From positions 107,757 through 171,756 of the IMG/VR virus record IMGVR_UViG_3300045972_000807: a stretch of DNA of 64,000 nucleotides; one strand, 5' to 3'. This document shows positions 35,188-44,703 of this stretch, in pieces. This DNA comes from a virus. Positions within the stretch are counted from its first letter, which is position 1, and every line of letters begins with the position of its first letter. The translations under genes were made by a program, and so were the position numbers. Under the pieces are notes generated by a model. The model ran no database searches. It had not been told where the DNA came from and worked only from the letters and a program-made list of their open reading frames with translations.

Positions 35188-36429
35188 TCATACGGTTTCG
35201 TCAAACCTTTCGGGGAACTTCTGATGTAAAATTGTTTCAAGCTTTTTGTACGTAGGACTTTTTACGACTCTAACGGTTTCTTTGTCGTGTATTGCTAGCA
35301 TGAACCTAATACCGTTAGCTCTACATACCTTATTGGCTGCGTCAAACTTTGGCTTGTTACGCTTGTACTCGTTCTCCCGAAAGAACAAACCGTCGTACTG
35401 CTTAGCCTCAACCATGTACCCTTCACCACCCCAGACAATAAAAGCGTCTGGCTGATACAGAGACTGCTTGCCTTTTAAGGGGTTAATGTAGAACACTTCG
35501 GGCATATCTCCAAAGTCAGTAGAAACTACAATAGCACCAGCATCTTCTAGCGCGCTAAGAACTTGGGGCTCGCATCCTCGGCATTCATGCACATTACCGA
35601 ACTGGTCTGTCCATTCCTTAGCGTTCCGCTGAGAGTGCGTTACCTTTTTGGCTATTTCCGGGTTATGCATCTGATGCGCGTAACCTGTGCGCTCTAGCAT
35701 GCTAGCTTCACGGCGAGCTTGAACCTCACGTAGTAGGCACGCGTGTTTAACCCCGTGTCTTCGCATAGAATTTTCTATTTTCTTTGCGGTCATTCCTGGG
35801 ATACAGCTTGGGTTTACAACTCCTTTACCGTACCGCGACTCTAGCGCAGCTATTTGTCTTTGCTGGACCTCTAAGCTACACGACGGACTGTTTCCACCGT
35901 ATCTTATATTATTCGTACGCTTGAATTTTTCTAAAACGTTTTTGTTCTGCAGGGCGTGGTCTACTCCGCACCGCCTACGCATAGTTTTTATAATCTTATT
36001 CTTTACCTCGGGAAGCTGCATGGAGCATTTAACTCCATAGTTTTCCTGAAAGTAAGCTAAGCGTTTGCTGGCTTGTTCTTTGTAAAAACCTGACTCAGTG
36101 TGACCAACTTTACAGCACTCGTTGCTGCAAAACTTTAAAGGACCTTCAGTGAACCATAAGCAGGGTTTACCGCAAACGTCACACTTATTCTCCCGCATAA
36201 AGCGTATTGTACGCTCTATTATTGACACGGGAGTACTGGGGCAAAGAACTTGAAGCTGGTCTAAGAGCTTTGGGAATTTCTTGCTTAGTCGAACGAACCG
36301 TCCGTTACCTCTAGCTTGGCACTTGTCATCTAAACATGCTTTCCGCAAGGAAGCAAATAGCGTAGGCTTAACTGACTCAAGGCGACGGAGTGTTTTGTAT
36401 ATTTCAGAATTGGGTTGACGGCTGGCCAT
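35188..36429 (-). mobile_element. free-standing homing-endonuclease-like gene (Zn finger, YG repeats, C-terminal PD-(D/E)xK domain)
   Basis: CDVCG...FCSNEC; repeated ..YGV/YGG/HGV units; YQPDAF...VEAK; AT-richer codons than the flanking sheath and tube genes. Confidence 0.7.
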
Positions 36430-36461
36430 GATGTTCCACAGGTAGTTATGAAATCCTGTAA

Positions 36462-36519
36462 GGTCTCGGCTATCTTGACTACCCAAGAGCGCGGTTAATT
36501 ACTCCGCTTCACCGAGACC
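36462..36519 (-). promoter_or_regulatory. three-way-junction RNA structure upstream of the endonuclease gene
   Basis: GGTCTCGG/CCGAGACC enclosing GCGG/CCGC and TCTTG/CAAGA hairpins. Confidence 0.55.
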
Positions 36520-36533
36520 AACAGAAACTAGAA

Positions 36534-38489
36534 TTAAGCTGACATGCTTGCAATCGTATTTTCCGATATGGTCAAACCTTGCTTGCTAATGCCCAGGGTG
36601 AGGGCAATAACGCGCGTAGCCAGGATAGGTGTAATCAGAATCGTGATAGCCAAAATGCCGCTGTTAGCCAGCACATCCGGGTTGTTGGTCTTGTCACAGA
36701 TGACCTTGAAGGAACTGATGCCGCGACCGGATTGAACGCCACCGAGGTAGCTATTCAGGCCAGTGGTCAGTTGCATCTTCAGGATGTCATCCAGAGGTTC
36801 TTGCAGACCGTACAGCAGGTAAGCGTAAGAGGCGCGCTTGATGATGTTGCACAGGAAGCGAACGTTCAGGAACTGGAGTGCGCTGCTCTGTGAAGCCAAG
36901 GTAGCCTGTTCCCACAAGGCAATGCCTTGACCCGGGAACTTCCGCATGTAGTTAACCTGCGCCTGATACAGAGGACTGAAGTCGCCGTCTTCGTAGGTGT
37001 AGCGAACATCCAGAACCTGCGACAGCAGACCGCGGTTCAAGCCTGCGAAGGAGTACCAAGGCTGACCGACGTTGGTCGTATTGGCATACAGACCAGCCAT
37101 CATGCCCGACGGAGGAACAAACAACAGCTTGCCGCTGGTGGGATCAGACTCCAGCAAATCAGGAGTGAACAGCGCGGAGTACGAGCTATTCAGGTTCAGC
37201 GTGATGTTGCGATAGTCAATCGAGTCGGGACGAGATTGCTGACCGCTAGGCACGTCGAGGAACGCCACGCATTCAGCACGTTGCTGTGCGATAGCATCCA
37301 TGTGATCCTGGATGATCGGAGTAGCGCGACCTGCGTTAATCATCGTGTCGATCACATACAGCTGCTTATTGCTAAACACGCTCCATGCTTTGTTGATCGT
37401 AGCCGCAGTAGGCGCTGAGCCTGAAGTGCCGCCGGTCATAACGACGCTAGCCTGTACTGAGTTCAACACAGGGTACGTGCTGAGATGAGCCAGGTTCGAC
37501 ATAACCCGAATGTATTGGCTATACGGGTTGATGCGCTGAGTGGTTTCGCTTTGTGTGCCCAGATCGTCAGTGAAGTCGTTGAGGGTACAGGTAAACACTT
37601 CCACAGGAGTAGAGTTGCTGAGGCTCAGCTTGTAGACGCTCAGGGTGAAGCCTGTGCTGATTGTCAGCTGGGCTGTGCTGATAATCGGGCCGAGTGCTTG
37701 ATTGGGCACATTCAGTCCGTCATCGACCCAGGTATTGGAAGCCGTACCCACTTGGGCCAAAAGGCCCATGTTCTGGATAGCTTGTGTGCGACCGTATATC
37801 TTGTAACCGATGGAACCTGCAACAGGCGCCCAGGTAATGGTCACGCTTGACTGCGTAGGCGATGCGGAGATGATAACCGTAGCTGGAGTTGACACCAACG
37901 ACTCAGCACCGCTGCTATTGATACTCGACACCGCGTAGGTGTAAGTACCGGAACCCATCGAACCGCCGGACGTAGTGCCTGTGGAGATGATGGTGTCGGG
38001 AGTGGCTGGGTTCTGTGCTTGAACGCTAACCGCGTAGTCGCCGTTAGCGTAGCTACCAGGACCGTCAGCGGGATAGAACACGTAGACGGGAGTCTCACCG
38101 GAGCCCACGTAGTTCACCCAGTTGGGGTATTGCAGTTCGGTAAGGGACAGGCCGCCTGGGATAGAGCGCAAGGCGGTCATGCCGTTCACGTCTTGCAGCA
38201 TAACCATTGCAGCGTACTTGGCATCGTTCTCCACGCAACGGTTAGCCCAGAGAGCTTGGCCGAACTTGAAGTAATCGAGGCCCATGTACTGGTCAAAGGA
38301 AACCGCAGCGTTCGGATTGCCGTAGGCGTCCAAATAGCTTTGTGCGTCAGTCCACAAACGGGGGCCCAAAGGACCTTTGCCGGACACAACAACCTGTGAT
38401 GCAACAGCATTGGCAACTTGTGTCAATGTCTGCGACAGGTTAACTTCTTTGATATAGACGTCAGACGCCTTGGATGCGAGATTGCTCAT
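36534..38489 (-). CDS. tail sheath protein
   Basis: VYIKEVN.S; VPPSG; PWYSFAGLNRG; LNVR.L; C-terminal F.V.CD..NN. Confidence 0.95.
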   Translation of the reverse strand: MSNLASKASDVYIKEVNLSQTLTQVANAVASQVVVSGKGPLGPRLWTDAQSYLDAYGNPNAAVSFDQYMGLDYFKFGQALWANRCVENDAKYAAMVMLQDVNGMTALRSIPGGLSLTELQYPNWVNYVGSGETPVYVFYPADGPGSYANGDYAVSVQAQNPATPDTIISTGTTSGGSMGSGTYTYAVSSINSSGAESLVSTPATVIISASPTQSSVTITWAPVAGSIGYKIYGRTQAIQNMGLLAQVGTASNTWVDDGLNVPNQALGPIISTAQLTISTGFTLSVYKLSLSNSTPVEVFTCTLNDFTDDLGTQSETTQRINPYSQYIRVMSNLAHLSTYPVLNSVQASVVMTGGTSGSAPTAATINKAWSVFSNKQLYVIDTMINAGRATPIIQDHMDAIAQQRAECVAFLDVPSGQQSRPDSIDYRNITLNLNSSYSALFTPDLLESDPTSGKLLFVPPSGMMAGLYANTTNVGQPWYSFAGLNRGLLSQVLDVRYTYEDGDFSPLYQAQVNYMRKFPGQGIALWEQATLASQSSALQFLNVRFLCNIIKRASYAYLLYGLQEPLDDILKMQLTTGLNSYLGGVQSGRGISSFKVICDKTNNPDVLANSGILAITILITPILATRVIALTLGISKQGLTISENTIASMSA

Positions 38490-38509
38490 TGGTTCGTTTC
38501 CTATCCTGT

Positions 38510-38824
38510 TTAGTTGTTTGCCTTGGTAACCTGCAGTGCTGGGTTACGCGAAGAGAAAACTGGATCCACGGTGTAGCCGGCCAGCAGTTTAGGCTTACCG
38601 CCATGCTGGACAAACACGACGTCGGTCTCGCCAGTAGCCTTGTTGATGATCGGAACAGACAAGGTAGCACCGGAGGCATTGAACAGTTGGACACGAACCG
38701 GCATGGCTTGAGCCATCTTTACCGAGGCGTGCGGCGCAGCAGCGTGAACGGGCGCTGCGGGAGCAGCTTCGTTGGTGGCTCCCGTTGAGGTGGCCGAATT
38801 GGTGGAAGTTTGCTTGTCAGACAT
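38510..38824 (-). CDS. virion structural or hypothetical protein
   Basis: Within late operon; AAGGA SD. Confidence 0.7.
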   Translation of the reverse strand: MSDKQTSTNSATSTGATNEAAPAAPVHAAAPHASVKMAQAMPVRVQLFNASGATLSVPIINKATGETDVVFVQHGGKPKLLAGYTVDPVFSSRNPALQVTKANN

Positions 38825-38830
38825 TGGGGA

Positions 38831-39205
38831 TTATCCTTGCGTTATGGCTACAGACACTACGGAGGATCCTTGATTTTGGAACGTCATTACGCTAACGTTA
38901 TCGTCAAGGATCATAAACTGGCTGATGTTCATCAGTATGGTCTCGGGAACTGTGCGAACACCAACTACTTCAGCTAATGTAACATTGGCCTTAATGGGGC
39001 CGCCTGTAACGCGAACCATTGTCACGCCTGTAGGCTTAATAGGAGGCTGCCAGGTAAAGCCGCTTCCCGGTTCTACGTCCAGCTCTGCCTTAGAGATATT
39101 GGAAGCCGCGTTAGCGTAGTTTAAGCTGTACGCGCCTTTTGAGCGCTTAACGCTAGCGTGAGCTTCAAAGACTCCAACGTTAAGAACCAATGCCTTGACT
39201 ACCAT
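38831..39205 (-). CDS. virion structural or hypothetical protein
   Basis: Within late operon; GGAG SD. Confidence 0.7.
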   Translation of the reverse strand: MVVKALVLNVGVFEAHASVKRSKGAYSLNYANAASNISKAELDVEPGSGFTWQPPIKPTGVTMVRVTGGPIKANVTLAEVVGVRTVPETILMNISQFMILDDNVSVMTFQNQGSSVVSVAITQG

Positions 39206-39206
39206 G

Positions 39207-39911
39207 TTAGAAGCTCCATTGCGTAACTGTTGACCCGTCGGGACTTAGCACATTGTTGACCTGTACGGTGTCTACGATCTGTTGCTCTTGTAGCACACCG
39301 AACGACATGTAACCCTGCAGCACAAGGTTGCTGGTTACCGTGTACTCTTGGACGTTGTTAAGGTCAGAGTCCCTTTGCGGTATGGTTACGCTTGCATCCA
39401 AGTCAGCCTTAGCTGAGAACACCGAGTCACCGTAGCGCACATTGAAGCTCAGCCACCCGTTAACCCTAGCAAACATCCAGGTGTTGGCATACCGCAGGAC
39501 GTCTTGAAAGCTGTTGGTGCAGTATTCAACGGATACCGCAAAGTCGATGGGGAGAATCTTTACCCGGAAGGTACGCTTCTCATCGTCGTCCATGCTAATG
39601 GCGGCTTGGAGGCCTTTCATTAGCTGAGACTTGTTGTTACCACGCGTCTCACTCTGTGTAAATGAGCCCAGCGTGAACACCATGTACGGGTACTGGACGT
39701 TTACGTCGCTATTGCCCGATGCCTGCGTACCGAACAATTTTTGAAGCAACTTCGTTTTGTCTGTGCTAGTAGCCCAGATAGACTTTGCTTCAAAAACTTC
39801 TAACGCACGCTCCTGCAACCCGCTGAAGATAAACTTCTCAACAGGGTCTAGCTTCAGGTTAATGCCTGACTTAGCTGCAGTTGTTTGGTTAGATTGGTTA
39901 GAGGTTGCCAT
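39207..39911 (-). CDS. neck / tail terminator protein (gp15-like)
   Basis: Between head and sheath genes; YP.M.F...P.DF...V.Y...L.GY pattern. Confidence 0.55.
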   Translation of the reverse strand: MATSNQSNQTTAAKSGINLKLDPVEKFIFSGLQERALEVFEAKSIWATSTDKTKLLQKLFGTQASGNSDVNVQYPYMVFTLGSFTQSETRGNNKSQLMKGLQAAISMDDDEKRTFRVKILPIDFAVSVEYCTNSFQDVLRYANTWMFARVNGWLSFNVRYGDSVFSAKADLDASVTIPQRDSDLNNVQEYTVTSNLVLQGYMSFGVLQEQQIVDTVQVNNVLSPDGSTVTQWSF

Positions 39912-39922
39912 GTTCAATCTTT

Positions 39923-39953
39923 AAAAAGACGCGCAAGTTAATGCGCGTCTTTT
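39923..39953. terminator. intrinsic terminator after the head genes
   Basis: AAAAAGACGCGCA-AGTTAA-TGCGCGTCTTTT. Confidence 0.85.
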
Positions 39954-39976
39954 AGTTGCTTACAGCTAACTACTGC

Positions 39977-40573
39977 TTACTTCTGGCGGGCAGCCAGGTT
40001 ACGCAGAGCGCGAGCGAAAGAAGCTGTGCTCTTAGCCGAGATGGCCGGGCCACCTTCGGGAACATCAACCTTTAGGTCACCGCCGGGAGCGTCATCAGCT
40101 TCGTCGAAGGGCACTTCGGGGGAGGTGATACCTTCGGCTTCGGCCAATGCCTTGCGAGCCTTGGCGACCTTTTGGGCCTTAGCCAGGGCAGCCTTAGCAG
40201 CCACAACGCCGGCGTCTTCCTTTTCGTCTTCACCGAAAGCGGCTTCTTCCTCTTCGCCTTCTTCAGCACCGGCTTCGGCCAATGCTGCTTCCAGATCGTC
40301 AGGCAATTCGGTTTCGCAGGTTTCAGCTTCGTCTTCGTCCAGGCCGAGTTCAGCAAACACCTTTTGTGCAGCTGTCATTTCAGTCGAAGCCTTGGCCTTT
40401 TTCTTCTTGGCGGCAGGCTTCTTCTTGTTGGCGGCGAAAATCGCTTCGATAGCGGCTGAAGCAGAGACTTCAGCAGCAGCTTCGTGCATGAACTTTGCAG
40501 CACGAACAGGCATGTTGATCTGGGTTGCGGCCAGACTCATTGCCATCAGATCAAGGGCACGGTTGTATCCCAT
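39977..40573 (-). CDS. acidic/Ala-rich head-associated protein
   Basis: Directly after the major capsid gene; AAGGA SD; strong codon bias. Confidence 0.7.
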   Translation of the reverse strand: MGYNRALDLMAMSLAATQINMPVRAAKFMHEAAAEVSASAAIEAIFAANKKKPAAKKKKAKASTEMTAAQKVFAELGLDEDEAETCETELPDDLEAALAEAGAEEGEEEEAAFGEDEKEDAGVVAAKAALAKAQKVAKARKALAEAEGITSPEVPFDEADDAPGGDLKVDVPEGGPAISAKSTASFARALRNLAARQK

Positions 40574-40644
40574 TTTGATATTTCCTTAAAGATTGGTTGG
40601 TTAAAGATCGGGGCTTAGCTGTTAGGCTAAAACCCCTATCAAAA

Positions 40645-41700
40645 TCAGATGCGCTTGGCCCAAGCGATCGAGCGGCTGTTGGCCACGGCGAAGGCGATGG
40701 ATTCAGACAGCAACCAGCCGCGACCTGCGATCTTTTCAGTCACGCCGTCGATAGGCACGCTGTCAACACCGCCACGGTCAGAGTAGGCACCGTGTGTCAG
40801 GGGATCGGACACCACAGCGAATTCGCCGACAGACAGAACCTTGTGTTCCGGATGGCGATATGCTTCGGAGATCAGAGTCATGCCGTACAGCACGCCCAGT
40901 TGGCCGGTCATCACCAGTTCGTGGCGTGCAACGGGTTCAATCGCTTGAATGAAGGTTGCGTCGCCGACGATGTCGATGAACAGGTCGGAAGCCATCAGGC
41001 AGTAAGCTGCCTTCATGCCCCACTGAGCCACTTGCTGACGAACGCTCATGAGTGACAGGGGATTCAGCGTACCGGAGATCAGGGAGAAGTTGTTGTCCAC
41101 GCCGATCGTCATCTTGGACAGGTTGTACCAGTAGCGATCTTCGCCGACCATCACTGCTTCCAGCGCTTCAACGTACTTTTCTTCCAGCACGTCGGAGGGG
41201 CTTTGGTTGATTTCGACTTGCGGCACGAAGGGGCGAGCACGAATTTCAACTTCAGCAGGCAGCAGCCATTTGTCCGTCACCACTTCGGTCTCAACCTTGC
41301 TGGGGCCGGTGGTCAGGAACGCGGTCACGTTTTTCTTGCGAACCGGGAAACGTGGGATGTCGCCTTGTTTCAGTTCCATGCGGTTCAGGAAACGACGAGC
41401 GAAGCCCTTGCGATTGGCGGTCATGTAGATTTCGTCGGCCATGCGTTCGCCCAGAACGCGATGTGCTTCACCGTCACGGAACGCGGCAGTCACCAGTTCC
41501 TTGTTGGTGGAAGCCTGGATCAGCTTTTCTTCGGTGCTAACTTCGCCGTTGGCGGAAGCTTGCATCAGAGCGTGAGCGTTACGCAGAGCGTCCACGCGGG
41601 ACGACGAGTTGATTTCACCGTTTTGACCGATAGCGCGTTCTTGGCGCTTGCCGATGCGGTAGTCCGAAGCAACAACGGGGTGCTTTGCTTTGAGTGTCAT
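40645..41700 (-). CDS. major capsid protein (HK97 fold)
   Basis: 351 aa; strongest codon bias in the block; E-loop-like RRFL....L.QG..PRF.V; G.LG.LYG..LI P-domain motif. Confidence 0.85.
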   Translation of the reverse strand: MTLKAKHPVVASDYRIGKRQERAIGQNGEINSSSRVDALRNAHALMQASANGEVSTEEKLIQASTNKELVTAAFRDGEAHRVLGERMADEIYMTANRKGFARRFLNRMELKQGDIPRFPVRKKNVTAFLTTGPSKVETEVVTDKWLLPAEVEIRARPFVPQVEINQSPSDVLEEKYVEALEAVMVGEDRYWYNLSKMTIGVDNNFSLISGTLNPLSLMSVRQQVAQWGMKAAYCLMASDLFIDIVGDATFIQAIEPVARHELVMTGQLGVLYGMTLISEAYRHPEHKVLSVGEFAVVSDPLTHGAYSDRGGVDSVPIDGVTEKIAGRGWLLSESIAFAVANSRSIAWAKRI

Positions 41701-41752
41701 GGTTGAATATCCTTAAAAGGTTATGAATGGATTTGCAGGTCTTCGCAGGATA

Positions 41753-42424
41753 TTAAACCGCGTTGAACTCAAGGCCGAGGAAGGGAATGTCCTGGTTGGG
41801 TGTAGCAACGATGATCGCGCTGATAGCCACGCCGGAACCCGTTTGGTCGGTCAACATGCCGTTGGCGCCCAGCTTCACGGCTGTAGCGGCGGCCCAGTTC
41901 TTCGAGGAGTCGAATTGGCTGGTGTAGATCTTGCCGCCTTGTGAGCAGCCAACCGAACCCAGCAGCGAACCTGCGTAGCCGGAGGGGATTGCATTGCCCA
42001 TCAGGCCAATGGCAGCTTGCACGCTCAGGGCGTAGGTGTACGTCACGGTCACAGCGTCGCCGGCGGTCAGGCCAGTGATGGTGTTGCCCACAACGGTGGG
42101 GCTAGCCACGGCAGCACCAGTGGTGTCATCGTGCACAGCAGTAGCCGAAGCCAAAGGAGCAAACGCCAGAGTCACAACACCGGATGCGGGAACGATTTGC
42201 TTCTCGACCTTCACCGCGTGCGATTCCAGGAACGGAGCAGCGGAAGTCTGGGCCAGCACAAAGCCGACAAACACTTCGCCAGCAGCGCCCATCGAGGGAG
42301 CTACGCCGAACTGTCCATTAACATTTGTGGCGACGAGAGCCTGACCATCGGCGCTGAGAGTAGCGCCTGCAGCCAGAGGGTATTCCGTGGAACGGATGTG
42401 TTGCGAGAGGGGATGGTAGATCAT
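41753..42424 (-). CDS. head decoration / cement protein
   Basis: Directly upstream of the capsid gene; beta-rich; T.QFD and LG..G.LT motifs. Confidence 0.65.
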   Translation of the reverse strand: MIYHPLSQHIRSTEYPLAAGATLSADGQALVATNVNGQFGVAPSMGAAGEVFVGFVLAQTSAAPFLESHAVKVEKQIVPASGVVTLAFAPLASATAVHDDTTGAAVASPTVVGNTITGLTAGDAVTVTYTYALSVQAAIGLMGNAIPSGYAGSLLGSVGCSQGGKIYTSQFDSSKNWAAATAVKLGANGMLTDQTGSGVAISAIIVATPNQDIPFLGLEFNAV

Positions 42425-42500
42425 GAGAGTATCCTTACCTAGGTTGAAATAGCCCTAGTTGCCTAGAGCCGTGGGAACTAACGGAACTAATAGTTGCCTA

Positions 42501-44087
42501 TTAGAAATTGAAACGCAAAGGCGCGGAACCTGCGAGGATAGCGCTAGCATTGCTGCCGACGTTAGCCTTACGGGCACCCGATGCCGTTACACCTTGCTTG
42601 GGACGCAGCAGAACTGCTGTGGTCGTAAGACGCGATTGAATGCTATCCAGGTCCTCGGATGTGTCGGTCACATCTTCGTCGCCGAACTCAGCACCTTCTT
42701 CGTTCATGGGCATTTCATCTGCGCTAGCACGCAGTTCAATGCTCGCACCGTCCTCAACCAGGTCAAGCATCTCAGCATATTCCTTGCGGACTTGCTCAGT
42801 CATACCCGACAGCTTGTTAGCCAGTTGAATCAGGGATTTTGCGTAGTCCATTCCGTTGTCGGCCATGATGCGACTAGCTGTAACCTTAGCAGTGCGTGCG
42901 CCTTGCGAGGTAGACAGATGTGCTTCCACTGCCGAACGGATAGGATCCTTGAAGTCTTTGAAGATGCCCTTTGCCATGCCAACCGAAGCGATAGCCAGAG
43001 AGTCAGCGAAGATCTTATCCTTCTTCGACGCTTCTTCAGCAAACTTCAAACGGGCTTGGGCAACGGCCTTAGCACCTGCCTTCACATCGGTGGGCTTCAC
43101 GCGAATGTGTTGGAAGCCCATGCGGGCCAGTGCTTTGCGAGTACCGCGCTGCTGGGCAGTGATTACCACAGCCTGGGCGAACTCCGGGGAGTGCAGGATA
43201 TCTGCGTTGGTACCTACGTCGCGCTCGCGAGCGAAGGCCACAACGTGAGCGCCCTTCATTGCGAGGAGCACACCTGCTTTGGACATGAACTCCAGGCCGT
43301 CCGGCGTGTCATTCAGTTCCATAGCGTCGATCAAGGGCTCTCCCGAGCCTTCGGTATCGACTACGTCTTGCAAAAACAGTTCTTCTTCATTGCCAGGTTC
43401 TTCCGCGCCCATGTCGCTAAAGTTAGGCATTTCGCCAGCTTCAGCACCAAAGTCGGGTTCACCCATTGCAATCGTGGGGTCTTCAGACCCGTCATCTTCC
43501 ATAGTGGACTCCTCAGTGTACGAATCATCGTCTTCGGCTTCCGCTTCCGGATCGCTATCGTCAGCAGCTGCTTCGGCAGGGAAGTCATCTTCGCCTTCCA
43601 AATCAGCACTGCCGCCACCCGCTGGGGTAGCTTCCGGTTGAGGTTCGCCGTCCGCAGTTTCCTCCGCTTTAGGAGATTCCTCGTCTTCAGCAACTGCCAG
43701 CTCGCCACCGCAGGTAACGCAGTGCATACAGCCGGCCGCGGCCTTAACAGCCTTGAGGGGCATAACATTTTCTGTGGCGCAAGCACCGCAGGTAATGCTA
43801 GCCAGCTCGTCGTCGGACACAAACGCAGCGGTTTCGGGAACCGTGCGGTTGGATTCGATGACGCGATCTGAACCGCACGTAACGCAGTATGGTTCAGGTG
43901 ATGCCGAGGCTACAACGTGTTGTTGGCTGCCGCAGTCCGAGCACTCGAAGGAAGAGGTTTCCATCTTGTTAAGTGTCTTATGGGCATGGGTAGCCGCCAA
44001 GACTGGGTCTTTGCTCGAAGCAGCATACACAAACACGGTACCGCCTCTAACTGCCGAAGCAATCAGTTTTGCTTTTTCCGATGCCAT
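42501..44087 (-). CDS. prohead scaffold/core-like protein with four CxxC pairs and a long acidic tract
   Basis: CSDC, CVTC, CGAC, CVTC; D/E-rich linker; first gene of the head operon. Confidence 0.65.
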   Translation of the reverse strand: MASEKAKLIASAVRGGTVFVYAASSKDPVLAATHAHKTLNKMETSSFECSDCGSQQHVVASASPEPYCVTCGSDRVIESNRTVPETAAFVSDDELASITCGACATENVMPLKAVKAAAGCMHCVTCGGELAVAEDEESPKAEETADGEPQPEATPAGGGSADLEGEDDFPAEAAADDSDPEAEAEDDDSYTEESTMEDDGSEDPTIAMGEPDFGAEAGEMPNFSDMGAEEPGNEEELFLQDVVDTEGSGEPLIDAMELNDTPDGLEFMSKAGVLLAMKGAHVVAFARERDVGTNADILHSPEFAQAVVITAQQRGTRKALARMGFQHIRVKPTDVKAGAKAVAQARLKFAEEASKKDKIFADSLAIASVGMAKGIFKDFKDPIRSAVEAHLSTSQGARTAKVTASRIMADNGMDYAKSLIQLANKLSGMTEQVRKEYAEMLDLVEDGASIELRASADEMPMNEEGAEFGDEDVTDTSEDLDSIQSRLTTTAVLLRPKQGVTASGARKANVGSNASAILAGSAPLRFNF

Positions 44088-44184
44088 GTATGAATACCTT
44101 TCTTAGTTAAACAATGACGCAGTGAAGCGCCTCTTAAAGCGAAGGCCTTACTCAGCGGATTTAACACCACCTCCTAAGGCTGTA

Positions 44185-44251
44185 ATTAAATTGTGTCATC
44201 TGCGTGACGGGCAACGTCTACAGTGAGAACATTAGAAATTAGATTAAATTG
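44185..44251 (-). promoter_or_regulatory. candidate late promoter motif CAATTTAAT, two copies
   Basis: ATTAAATTG on + at 44185-44193 and 44243-44251; a third copy at 13833-13841. Confidence 0.4.
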
Positions 44252-44335
44252 ACCTAAAAACCACCTAAAATCTCAACATCTTTCGTGTTTCTGACAGGAA
44301 AATAGTGCTAAAAAGGTAGTATTCTGAGGCATTAC

Positions 44336-44369
44336 GTGCTACAATGAAGGCGTAGGGCAAACGCTCTGC
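44336..44369 (+). promoter_or_regulatory. extended -10 early promoter followed by a 5' hairpin
   Basis: GTGCTACAATGAAGGCGTAGGG, 21/22 identical to the 62291 site. Confidence 0.75.
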
Positions 44370-44400
44370 GGAAATTACCCCCAACTAACAGGAGTTTGAG

Positions 44401-44628
44401 ATGGCAAAGATTCGGATGTACGCACTGTTCAACTTCAAGAAGCAAATTTTGGTCGACCCACTTGGAATCTTTTTCCAAGGTTTGCCGAAACATGGAGCTT
44501 CGGTGTTCTGCTTCCCTACCGAAGCAGCTGCTACTAGGGCAGCCAAACGCTACGTTAAGCCCAGGTTTGAGGTCAGGGCCCTGGACGTTGGTTCTAAACG
44601 CGGCAAACCGTTTCCTGTCCGCGCCTAA
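44401..44628 (+). CDS. small basic early protein
   Basis: AGGAG SD; first gene after the promoter. Confidence 0.75.
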   Translation: MAKIRMYALFNFKKQILVDPLGIFFQGLPKHGASVFCFPTEAAATRAAKRYVKPRFEVRALDVGSKRGKPFPVRA

Positions 44629-44703
44629 GTTTTTGTTTCCGGTTTAGTAGGGACGCCTTTAAGTTCCCTGCATTGTTAGTTCTCTGTAAATTAGGAGTTT
44701 CAA

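Noticed and set aside
35188-36533. Group I intron or intein interrupting the sheath gene
   Set aside because: The sheath ORF is complete with a normal C-terminus; the nuclease gene is free-standing and no intron core was recognised
42459-43871. 470-aa + strand ORF and similar long antisense ORFs over capsid, sheath, tape measure, thyX and 62-64 kb
   Set aside because: Shadow frames caused by codon bias of the real genes on the opposite strand; no SD or domain features
44595-44614. Fifth copy of the 20-bp palindrome (TAAACGCGGCAAACCGTTTC)
   Set aside because: Only the outer arms match, the centre is GC-rich and it lies inside a coding region; likely chance
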